A DNA stretch of 63,979 nt, filler included, from Bipalium vagum (taxonomy: Eukaryota), in the NCBI GenBank assembly GCA_037834085.1. It is 3 parts of 3 records of this genome, joined end to end, with 100 filler letters (N's around TTAATTAATTAA, not from the genome) between each part and the next. Parts side by side here need not be neighbours in the genome. Positions count along the whole stretch, not along the records: positions 46,390 to 63,979 come from JBBMKC010060475.1; 2 more parts are not named here. One strand, written 5' to 3'. Of the stretch, positions 54,301 to 63,979 are shown one piece after another (the stretch's first letter is position 1; the number at the start of each line of letters is the position of its first letter). A model generated the notes under the pieces. That model did no database searches. It saw nothing but the letters and a program-made list of their open reading frames with translations, and was not told the DNA's origin. Both the position numbers and the translations under genes were made by a program.

Positions 54301-56685
54301 TTATTATTTTTTTTATTATTATTTTGTTTTATTGACTTTTTTACAAAACACAAATCAATATAAAAATATGTTTAAATTAATACTTAAATGAATTATTAAC
54401 AATTATTATTCCTGATATTGATTTATTATTATCTTTAAACAAATATTCATTATTGATTTTTTATAAAATTTATTATTCCTTGATTAAATTAAAAAATTAA
54501 TTATCGTTTATCGAATTTTTTAATTATTGACTTTTGCTAATTAAAATGTTAATTATTTATTGGCATGATCAATGCTAAAGTCTGATTTTCTAATTTTTGA
54601 AAACTGATCGGAATCAATAATTTGTTTCGACAATTCCGATGAATTTCTGAAATGGGATATTCTCAACGTTATTGATGTCGTCTGTTTCTCGTCGACAATT
54701 TCATCCCCAAATATCCAAATCATCGGAAAAGAGAAATGCAGTCACATCCAGTCAGTCATAAGGCCGAGATGATTTCAATCGATATTCTCGCACAACATTG
54801 TATGATCGTATTTATATTTAATACGAGAATTGTTAAATAAACAATAATATTTACAATTATTCAACTTTCAGATTTTAATGTCAGTTACCAGCGAAATAAC
54901 TGTTAAACAGTTCAAGAGAAAATGATAGGGAAAAGCTTTAAAAGAGTTTTTTTCAATTACAAAAACAAAATATTGAGTGGGGAAAATTTTTTGTCATATT
55001 GTATAAAACATAAGAAATTGAATATAAAAGTAAAATAATGGTATTTATCTAAACCACATCGATGCACCTTTTAGATCGATAGTCGTTTTCAGTAATAGAA
55101 TCATTGTTTCATCTGTGGAAAATGTGTTAAATATTTAGCGAAATTTTGTACTTTACATTCCTACTGAGAGCTGAGAGAGTTCTGCAGAGATTTAATAACG
55201 CATCATCCCTCTAAGCTCTACAAATTCTTGTCGCAACTTGTGTAGCCTTCTTGTTGTCATAGCAATAAACTTTTATAAGAAATCGAATTTCTTCGACTGA
55301 TGTTGTCATTAGTACTTGAGAAATGTACAAATATAAAAACCATGCCAACTTTTACAGAATATTTCGTATAGAAAAAATATTTAAACGAATCTTTTATTCT
55401 TATATTTTAACACAAAACATTCAATTTATATAAAATATAATATTAAATTTCAATATTTTTATAAAAATAAACCAAACTTTTCCTTTCTCAATATTAAATT
55501 GTGTTTTCTTTTCAATGTTGAAATTTGTGATTTATTTTTTTATTACATTTATATTTATTAATTGGTATTTACTTATTATTTTTATGTTTTATTAAATCTT
55601 TAATCAAACAATATACCAATAAAAAATTTTCAGATATTGATTTATTATTATTATTTAATTAATCTTCGTTATTGATCTATCAATTTATTATTCCTTTATT
55701 ATATAGAACATTTTAATTTTTGATTTATTTGAATTATTGATTAATATCAATTATTTTTATTTTGTTTGAATCTTTTCCAAAGTAAATTTAATTCAAGAAC
55801 AATATGATCTTAAAAATAATTCTTAAATATGTTAAAACATTTTCCGACATTAATTTATAATATTCAATTATTTCTTCATTATTAAATTATTTCGTTAAAA
55901 TATTATTAATTAATTATTACAATAAAAATGTTATTGATTTATTTTATTAAGGATATCATTTATTTATTATTTTTATTAATTACTTTTACTCAATCTTTTC
56001 CCACACAAAATACCACACAGAACAATATGATCTTAAAATCAATACTTAAATGAGTTATCTAAAGATCTTTCTTATATTGATTTATTATATTAAAAATTTT
56101 CTTCCTAATTAATTCAGTTCGCTAAAAATTTTATAAATCATTTTATAAAATACGAAAAAAATTTCACCCCACCCAATAATACAAACAAACTTGTCCGGTG
56201 ATGCATATAAAAAATGAAAATGAAATATTAATATTCACAATCGATATCATCAATAAAATTTAATAAATAGTTTGACTTTGGAATTAATTATTGTCATTGA
56301 ACTTTGAAAGTGCATTGGGGATATTATTATTTTTACTATTCTTTAGTGATCGATAACTCGAAAATAAGTGACATGTCTACAGTTAATGTTTTTCTTTACC
56401 TCAAAATTGGATTTATTTTAAAAACATCACTTTCTGACAAATTATCCAAAATTTTCTTCGGTAAAATAATCTCTTCATCAGAAAACAGTTCTAAAAATAA
56501 TATATAAATGGTTAAATAATTAACGGTATTAGTAATATACCCAAATTCACTGGTTTCACTTTCAAATAATCATCTCCCAAGGATTCAATCAATGTAAATT
56601 GATTACCAACGCTTATATTAACGGAATTGCCTTCGATATTATTAATAATGTAATTGTCATTAGCAATTAAGTATGTATCATTCAT
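48252..56685 (-). CDS. Rho GTPase-activating protein, ARHGAP9/12/15/27 family (SH3-WW-PH-RhoGAP); multi-exon, 3'-incomplete in this window
   Basis: Hand-spliced model, all GT-AG and phase-consistent: 56541-56685, 56400-56490, 53609-53930, 53292-53552, 49854-49928, 49652-49792, 49363-49590, 49201-49264, 49012-49128, 48402-48503, 48252-48329 (541 codons). Motifs: SH3-like YLIANDNY..GNQFTLIESLGDDYLKVKP; WW WRATLDDEGRQYFYDELSRKTSWNLP; PH SGQVEKAKVSENGKELPRKW..LTGPELFFYKD; family linker LKQFLKIRPSPESLEARGILKPEAVFGSSL; arginine finger GIYRVSGNQAKIQKLR. Confidence 0.92.
48402..48503 (-). CDS. RhoGAP exon: GAP domain start
   Basis: PEAVFGSSLEILCQQEKNKIPEFVFRSILAIEARG|GTGACT. Confidence 0.92.
49012..49128 (-). 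CDS. RhoGAP exon: pre-GAP motif
   Basis: Branch-like CTAAC before AAG|; DTACIDDSVGDKQTIRLLLKQFLKIRPSPESLEARGILK|GTATGC. Confidence 0.9.
49201..49264 (-). CDS. RhoGAP exon: linker
   Basis: TTTAG|NEDMYSEKPSTVVVTSDKKLL G|GTGAGT. Confidence 0.85.
49363..49590 (-). CDS. RhoGAP exon: PH domain C-half
   Basis: KSGLHPGKTELKL...YLLRFSSAEEMRTWQMALQFAKDWK|GTACGT; PH C-terminal helix with its Trp. Confidence 0.9.
49652..49792 (-). CDS. RhoGAP exon: PH domain N-half
   Basis: RTERSGQVEKAKVSENGKELPRKWLKFHMVLTGPELFFYKDFKASVS; 141 nt, canonical splice sites. Confidence 0.9.
49854..49928 (-). CDS. RhoGAP exon preceding the PH domain
   Basis: TTTCAG|GGTKKYGIRNIKKEHISGPLFNKLM|GTAAAT; 75 nt, phase 0-0. Confidence 0.8.
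52000..52530 (+). mobile_element. pogo transposase N-terminal fragment (BrkDBD-like plus CENP-B HTH) inside a RhoGAP intron
   Basis: GYSVKFKIDVVK...GAGKKTELNELEDEVFNWI...DFKVSQSLHDLFLSRFDLRIRQST. Confidence 0.7.
52860..53250. promoter_or_regulatory. Candidate intronic regulatory cluster
   Basis: TGACTCA at 52866, TGACGTCA at 52888, two ATCAGCCAAT boxes at about 53213 and 53237. Confidence 0.35.
53292..53552 (-). CDS. RhoGAP exon: WW domain plus acidic linker
   Basis: TCTAG|TGG; WRATLDDEGRQYFYDELSRKTSWNLP...DVITK|GTATGA. Confidence 0.9.
53609..53930 (-). CDS. RhoGAP exon: linker plus first, degenerate WW repeat
   Basis: Phase-2 acceptor GCTAG|G; part of ORF 53417-53953; ends WIKSEEDGEVYINAATKQR|GTAATT. 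Confidence 0.85.
56400..56490 (-). CDS. RhoGAP exon: SH3-like C-half
   Basis: TTTAG| ELFSDEEIILPKKIL...NPIL AG|GTAAAG; phase 1 to phase 2, matching both neighbours. Confidence 0.75.
56541..56685 (-). CDS. RhoGAP exon: presumed start, SH3-like N-half
   Basis: MNDTYLIANDNY...DDYLKVKPVNL; ends G|GTATAT, followed by a 50-bp intron. Start codon is inferred. Confidence 0.75.
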
Positions 56686-57649
56686 TATGGACACCTAAAG
56701 AGCTAGAAACACTAATCAAACTGAAATTATATGTAAAAAGTAAAATTTATTATTAACTTTTTTCCTTAAATTTCAAATTTTTTTAAAATTAAAATTTAAA
56801 ACTTACATGGTTGACATATAGTTAATCAAACAAACAGACACCATATATTTAAATAATGATACTTGAATAATACAATTCTATTTAGATTTTCAAACAAATG
56901 TTTGTTAGTAATTACTGATAATATTTTTTACGAATGTCTGAAAAATATTTAGAGCTTTAAATTTAATCTGAGGATATTTGATTAATTTATCATCACTTTG
57001 AAGAAATTAAATAATCTATTTATGATTGGAACAGAAAATCTCCTTAAAAGTTATTTACAACAAGAAAAATGAAAATTCAAAAATAGAATTCCAATTATAA
57101 TGACATAAATTTCTTTTTGTATTTTAATCTTTAAATGTCACTTTTAATCGTGTTTACAAGTACGATATGCACTCGGTGTTCTTTGTTACAAAGAAATTTA
57201 ATACTCCAAAAATATTTTATCTTGATCATTTTATAATGTTAATTGAACATTAAGTACTTTTTAAAATTGTCTCTCTTTGTCTCTTTCTTTTACAGCGGTA
57301 TGACTCTGGTGAATAGATGGTATTGATTTAGTCACCCCATGATGAGTTTTGTATCTAGGTCGTGGAGCTCATCTTCAGAACTGATGTTCGCTCTGGTATA
57401 GTGTGGTCAAACTTAATTCTGTGTAGTATATGATCATATAATTGATTTAGTTCAGTCGAAGCTGCCAAATCTCTGCTTTGCACAAGAAAACCTGCGAAAG
57501 AGAAAGAGGAAACCGTAGACTAGTGTAACCTTGCGCACTGCATGACTAGTCAATGTTTCATTTACATAAAATATCATATGATAATCCTCTTTTTTGGCCC
57601 AATAGAACCAATGAAATATATTACAAATTTCGTGAACAAGGACTAAGCA

Positions 57650-59620
57650 CCGATAATCAGAAACTCAATTACAATTATAATTATCAAAAATCCGGGAAAA
57701 TATTTATGGCATAAATATTTAATTAAAGTCACACAAGATTATCTCTGAGTGATACAATACCTATTTCACAACAGTCAAGAAGACAATCGATACATCTGAA
57801 ATCAAAAATTGATGAAATCAGCAGAAGTTCTGCCTAATTGTAAAAGTCCATGGAATTATCCATTAGTAGTAGTGTTGGGTTAGCCAAGGACATATCCCTG
57901 TAAAACAAAAAGGGACAACTACTTATTATTTTTAAGGAATCTAATCTTGAGAATGGCGAACCTTTATTGCCAAGATTAGATCAGGGTCTGTAAGGAGGGA
58001 CCGATTTAGAATTATCGATCTAAAAATGGAATCGACATTCCCCATTAATCAAACTGATCTACAACTGATTAGTCATCTGATCAGAATGATATAAAAGAAG
58101 TTGGAATCCGCAGTGGATTGGCACAAAATTCTTTAAGACTTCGGAAGAAACAGAACTCTAGGAGACGAGACAAATTCTATGAGAAGTTTGAAGAAAGCGA
58201 ATTCACGAAACGTGGAAGCCTTTCAAAGTAACCATTCTTTATGTCCTCTCTGCGACATGAGCTCACGACGGGTCCTGTGATGTTAGGGGGTTTCTGAGCG
58301 GACCGGATTGGGCTCAGCTGACCACCCTTTGGACCTGTTGTCACAAGTGGTGAGAATAACTTGATTTTGTTTATTATTTTTTAAAATTAATTCTTACTGA
58401 CATTTAATTGATATTGATATTTAATTATTTGATTTTGATTTAATTGATTATTATTGACGTTGATTTTTAGTGTGATTGATTGCAGACATTTATTGATCAT
58501 TTGAAACATTTTTATTGTTTGTTATTGTTATTTTAGCAATAGAGTGTTGTTCGTAGTTGTTTGATTCATTTATTTGCGTACACGTATAGGCAAAAGTAAA
58601 GGGGTCAGTAACTTTGCGATCTAGGTGTTACGACAGTGTTCATAGTGAAATAATAGCGTAACAGTAAGAGGGCAAAAAGGATGACTCAATAAGAATATGC
58701 GTTGATTTCAGAAGAGTAAATAATATCACAGAAAAATGTAATTTTCCTATGCCAGATATCAATGTTGTTCATAAAAGTGATCATAGTCCAGAAATAATGG
58801 ATATAATAAGAAATGAAAAAATTCAGAGCCCATGATAACTGAGCTTAAATATTATTTGGCAGAGGACAGGAGAAACATATCCACGAAGTTAAGACAGAAT
58901 AACTTCATTAATATGAGTGATAATTTGAATACGGTTGATAATTTACTTGTTTTAAGGAAAAATGAACAAAACCCAATAATTATTCCCGAAAGTATCATAG
59001 AAGAATTTGTGAAGGAGATCAATTCAGAGTTGTATCATCTTGGAATTAAGAAGGTATTTCAATATTAAAATAATTAGAATTTTGTCCATCAATGTGAAAC
59101 ACAATTAAAACCGGTTTATTAATTGTGTGGTTTGGGGTTAAAGAAAAATAGACAAAGGCACACCAAAGAAATTCTAATTCCCAGAAAAAATTCTCATTTT
59201 TAGAGCTAATGGTGGTTGATATAGGCTTTACGGAAAAAGCTGGAGCTTATTAAAATAATCGTCATCATAGATCACTTTAATAAATTGATGAGTCTAAGTG
59301 CAGTTTCAAGAATTGATGGCCAGTATATTTTCAAGGTGATTATGATTATCCGGATTTTAAAACTTGGTAAACATATGAGTATTTTGAAAAATTGAGGAAA
59401 GAATCTTGAATATAAAATATGAGGATAAAAGTTGAGTTTAGTTCTCCTTATCAACATCAGTTAAACGGGTTGGTAGAACGTGTAATAGGACTATACGAGA
59501 TATGATCTATACATCATTAAAAAGTGGATGTGAAAAAAAGAACTGACACGAATTGCTTCCATGAATAAAATTTAGTATTAATGCCACAACATAGTTCGAC
59601 GAAATATTATTGGGTTATCT
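57650..59620 (+). mobile_element. Ty3/Gypsy pol remnant (RT N-terminus plus integrase), internally deleted
   Basis: SPWNYPLVV / KKDDSIRICVDFRRVNNITEKCNFPMPDI; IIIPES..HLGIKK; IVIIDHF; SSPYQHQLNGLVER. Confidence 0.85.
57873..58663. mobile_element. Solo-LTR-like insertion within the Gypsy RT
   Basis: TGTT...AACA ends with GTAG/GTAAG flanks; removing it rejoins the RT motif. Confidence 0.7.
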
Positions 59621-59846
59621 AGTAAACCTTCACGGAAACATCAGTAACATCCATCCAGAAACAGATATCTCTAAATATAATAAGATTTTTAATTAATTTA
59701 TTGGCTGAAATTTTACAATATATATCGAATAAAAACATGTTATTTTTATTTTTATTATTTAAATCTATTAGATGAATTTTGGTTTATTGTTTGGTTTTGT
59801 ATGATGACAGTTATAAGAAGGTCAAATGTGTGGAAGGAATTATATA

Positions 59847-61077
59847 TTAGGGTGATTCATAAGTATTTTCGTTTTTTGTTTAGGTAGTTCAAAGTAATTT
59901 TTAGTTGATAAAAAATTTGAATCGATTTATATATCAATTTTAAACTTTTAAATTTTCTACTGTTAGGTTAATTAATTTATATTATATAAATGTAATACCA
60001 TCTTTTATTCTAGCTAAAATAAAATTGAAAAAATCGAAATACTCACTCTGTTTCGACATTATTTGAAGCAACAATTCAAAGCACACTTGCCAGAAAAATA
60101 TGCGAAGTAGAAGACGAAGGTCTGGTTTTCATCTATATAGCCAAAATCTGGTTCAAAAAATTTAATGAATGTGTCAATGATATCTACGATAAAGCACGTT
60201 CCGGTATACCAGTAACTGTAAATCAAGAAGCGCTATGCAATGTTATTGAGACGAAACCATCGACTAGCAATTGAATATTGTCTGCTGATCTAGTTATTTC
60301 CCAAACAACAGTTGTCCAACACCTTAAAACAATCGGTAAGGTCAACAAACGATGAAGAGAAGTATCTCAAGGTTTGAGCGAAAATTAGGCAGACATATGG
60401 AAACGTGCAGAAAGCTGCTGGAAAATCTGCGGGATGATCGATTCATTAGACAAATTGTAACTTCTGATGAAAAGTGGATATATTTAATCAATTCTCACAA
60501 AAATAATCAGAGGTTGGACCATGAGCAGGTGGCAGAACCTGTTCCAAAAAGAGACTGATTCTCACAGAAGACATTATTGTGCGTTTGGTGGAACTTCGAA
60601 GGCATTATACACTTTGACTTGATTCTAAATAGTATATCGCTAGACCCAGACCAATATTGTGCTCAATTGGATCAAATATTTCAAAAATTAAAGCTGAAAT
60701 ATCCGGCATTGGTCAATCGAAAGCGAGTGGTCTTACAACAAGAACAATGCAAAACCTGCTAAGAAAACAATCGCAAAAATCAGAGAATGTGAATCTATTG
60801 AACTGTTACCACATCCAGCATACAGTCCCGATCTTGCCCCATCGGATTACTATCTTTTTCGACCAATGTCACATTTACTCTAAGGGCTTAGATTCAATAA
60901 CTTGGACGAGATCGAAATGGCGTGCCAAGAGTTTTTCAGGTCCAAGGACAAGAAATGGTACCAACAAGGGATCCAACAACTAGCATATAGATGGCTTAAA
61001 ACTATTGATTCAAATGGCTTTTACTTTTGTTTTTATTTTTTTAAATAATAAACGAAAGTACTTATGAATCACTTCAA
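59847..61077 (+). mobile_element. mariner (DD34D) transposon, near full length, decayed
   Basis: About 28-bp TIRs TTAGGGTGATTCATAAGTATTTTCGTTT / AAACGAAAGTACTTATGAATCACTTCAA, TA flanks; IVTSDEKW, CVWWNFEG, HPAYSPDLAPSDY. Confidence 0.93.
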
Positions 61078-61249
61078 TATTTTATCAATTATACACAAAT
61101 GGAATTTTTTAAGTCTTTTAAGTTAAATAAGGCAGTGATCACTGGATTTATAATGGTTTTCATTATTATCTTAAGGATATTTTGGTTAGTTCTACTGAAT
61201 TTTCAGTAAGAGGAAAGAAGTTGTCTCGTAAACTAACAAAGCTTTGGAA

Positions 61250-61850
61250 TTCCTTCATGTCCTTCTTGGATATTTTGATCCATAATAAAACTTACATAAG
61301 CCAATAAAAGTGTTTCATTACCAGGTAAAGTAGACTAGTCCAGCTGTATAGAGAAATGGGTCGTTTGTAAATAATTACATAGGAAGTTTTCAATATCATA
61401 ACTCATTTCATCAATACGTCTTTGAACTGAGTTGTTGCTTAATGAAATGTTTTTAATGATATCAAATGAGGTTTGTGTAAAACAGTTTTTAAAACTTTTT
61501 CAAGGGGTGGCAAAATTAACTGTTCTCCCATAGTATCCGGTTTTTCGGATTTTGCTATAAGCAACGTGATGTTGTAAGAACCATAATCGTTTCATTGTCA
61601 CGTTGAAGTGAACATTTTGTCCAGCGTGTGTCTTTCTGAAAATTGTCTTTAAATATTTCAATTCTTTATTTGTTTTATCAGGGTGATATCTTATTAAATG
61701 ATTTTCCAGCTTAGATATCTCCATAGCCCATTGATAAAAAAAATTGTTACATAAAAGACATAAAGGCATTTGTTTGTTTGATATGAACCACTTTAGGAAT
61801 CACTGGTTAGATGTTCATAATCATTTTGACCTGAAAATAAAATATTAGTA
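61250..61850 (-). mobile_element. hAT (Buster/Charlie, ZBED5/SCAND3-like) transposase fragment
   Basis: PLCLLC..SKLENHLIRYHP; ISLSNNSVQRRIDEMS; FSIQLD*ST. Confidence 0.85.
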
Positions 61851-62399
61851 AAATCTTAGAGATTCCTACATCAAAATCATGTTTCACGAACGTATCCATA
61901 TAAATCCTTAATGACTTGGTGAACCGTTTTTGATGCATCCATTTGAGAGTAAGAGTAGAAACTTGTATTATTAGTTATGATACCATGATGTCATGGTGAA
62001 TTTCACTTGGATTGATATCAAAGTTTGCTATGCACACAGGAATTCGGTTACGGTTTACTACTGCTAGAGTATCCTATGTTGTCAATAAACAACTTTCACA
62101 AAAAATTTCTGACATTTCAAAATTACTTCTTGCTCATTGAGCAAGTGGACATAGATGGTAAAGGTCTAAATTTAACCGTAGTTGTTTTAAATAGTTTTTT
62201 AATAGGCGTCTTTCAATGTTTTCGATTCATTAATGGATGAGGTACGTCTAGGAGCATTTGATAGTTGTCAGAAATCATGGTAAATTCATTAAAAGTAGGA
62301 CTCAATTGAACACCGGAGGTCTCTTGAAAGTTTATTGTTTTTAGGAATCTCAAGTTATATATTATTTATTATTTTGTTGGATAAAAGAATTGACGAAAT

Positions 62400-62720
62400 A
62401 AAGAATTTAATAAAATATACACTGTCAACCCTTTCATAGCTGAACATGTGTCAAGACTCACCATTTATCGCATCCTGAATCTGAATAAAGTGATACGAAA
62501 ATCTGGATCTGGTAGGATGACCATTATAATGACGAAAAAAATATCCAAAAGCCTAAATCTGAATTCAACAACGGCAAGCGGCTAAACCATTAAATTCCAA
62601 TAAATCCCACATCATCAAAGTACTAAAAAAGCTTAATATTAAATGCAGGAAGAGAAGGAAGTCTGCGGAATACACTCAGGAGCAGATTTTGATGGTAAAG
62701 TAAAAGAGTCTCCATGGATG
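62400..62720 (+). mobile_element. Tc1-like N-terminal fragment
   Basis: VSRLTIYRIL..RKSGSGR. Confidence 0.55.
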
Positions 62721-63004
62721 GTACAACAGTTTTAATTATTGTTGTAATAAATGGAAGGCTCGTTGTGAAGCTCATTTAAGAATTGACTATGATAAAATAT
62801 GGTTAACATGCATTGCATAAAAAAGCAACACTTTATTTAACAAAACAATTTTTGACCATCATCGTCGGAATATTTGATATTTTCACTTCATTTAAGTTTA
62901 TCTTTGGCATACGACATTGGTCATTTCTTGCATTGCCTTAGTTTGAGCAGACAAATTGATTGTATATTATAATAATAAGATTAATAATTATGTTCACGAT
63001 CTAG

Positions 63005-63075
63005 TGTATCAAGTCTAAACCTGACTCCCAATCTTAGGTGGTGTAAATAAAAACAATCAGTAAAGCAACACTTGT
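63005..63075 (+). repeat. Dispersed repeat end (LTR-like), second copy at 46219-46289
   Basis: AACCTGACTCC(C/A)AATCTTAGGTGGTG..AAAACAATCAGTAAAGCAACAC occurs at both sites. Confidence 0.8.
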
Positions 63076-63543
63076 ATTTATACCACACAAAAATACAAAA
63101 TACACGGAACTACATAAGATAAGTAAGAGTCTGGGATCACAACTAATGTCTGAAATGTTACACAACCCTTACACTATCTGATCACAACACACAAAATTAA
63201 CTAAAGGTAATGTTCAATCAAATATAATAATGATCAAATATAGTCAAAATGAACGTTTAATCAATCAATATTAATAATCAAATGTTAATTAAATCAAAAT
63301 TTCAAAATTCGATTACAATAAAATATTACTTAGGAATCAATATAAATATTTACTTAGAATTTAAAAAAATATTAAGATAAAACAAAAAGGAACAATCTTC
63401 CAATTTAGTTTTCGTTAAAACTCCCGAGCTATCGTCTGAACCCTAACGGTTGCTCACCGATAACCCTGTGAAGGGGAATTTTAAGCATAGCCCAGGCATT
63501 AGAATATTAGTCGTTGCCTTGTGACTTAATAATAATTTGCTAT

Positions 63544-63639
63544 TCAATCTCTGATAATCAATACGAATCTGCTAATCAATCTCTGATAATCAATACGAAT
63601 CTGCTAATCAATATCTGACAATCAATACGAACCTGATAA
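63544..63639. repeat. Minisatellite, 3 x 32 bp
   Basis: TCAATCTCTGATAATCAATACGAATCTGCTAA; two exact copies and one diverged. Confidence 0.9.
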
Positions 63640-63979
63640 GCTTAAGCTGTACGTTTTCTGAAGGGTGAAAATCTACTGAAATCCCTTTGCTTATATACTA
63701 TTTTGGACTGATCTTCATCTGGGAACTATTCTTGAGATATTCTCAGAATTTTACTTAAAATTCTAAAAATTCTATTAAAATTCTAAAATTTCCTAATAAT
63801 TCCCTAAAAATTATTTTTATTATGATCCTTAATATTTATAAAAGTACCTCTTTTAAGCTTCTTAAAAAAATAAAATTATTTTTAGAGGGTTATTTTATTT
63901 TGTAAGTATTTTCAAAATAAAATTTCTGGGAATTTTTAAATTACTTTTCGAGTGTCAATTAATTTTAATTATTAATATT

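Noticed and set aside
63544-63639. 32-bp repeats as a CRISPR array
   Set aside because: Head-to-tail copies with no spacers, in a eukaryotic context.

Overview
Very AT-rich eukaryotic DNA, most likely an invertebrate animal, with short (about 50-100 bp) GT-AG introns. The window is three scaffold pieces joined by artificial 100-bp spacers (44N-TTAATTAATTAA-44N at 15977-16076 and 46290-46389), plus three ordinary N gaps. One host gene reconstructs with confidence: a minus-strand ARHGAP12/15/27-family RhoGAP (SH3-WW-PH-RhoGAP; 11 phase-consistent exons, 56685 to 48252), whose GAP C-terminal half I could not find in the window. There are weaker signs of a second multi-exon gene ending in a transmembrane tail (17.2-30.0 kb), and an intact orphan 164-aa single-exon ORF (39419-39913). 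Most of the rest is decayed transposons: near-complete Tc1 (30815-32109) and mariner (59847-61077) copies, a Tigger/pogo element, a plant-type DD39D-like mariner, MITEs, hAT and CACTA-like fragments, a Gypsy pol split by a solo-LTR-like insert, a tRNA-Ala-like pseudogene, and micro/minisatellites. I found no prokaryotic-type systems (CRISPR, operons). Everything was read by eye; no searches were run.
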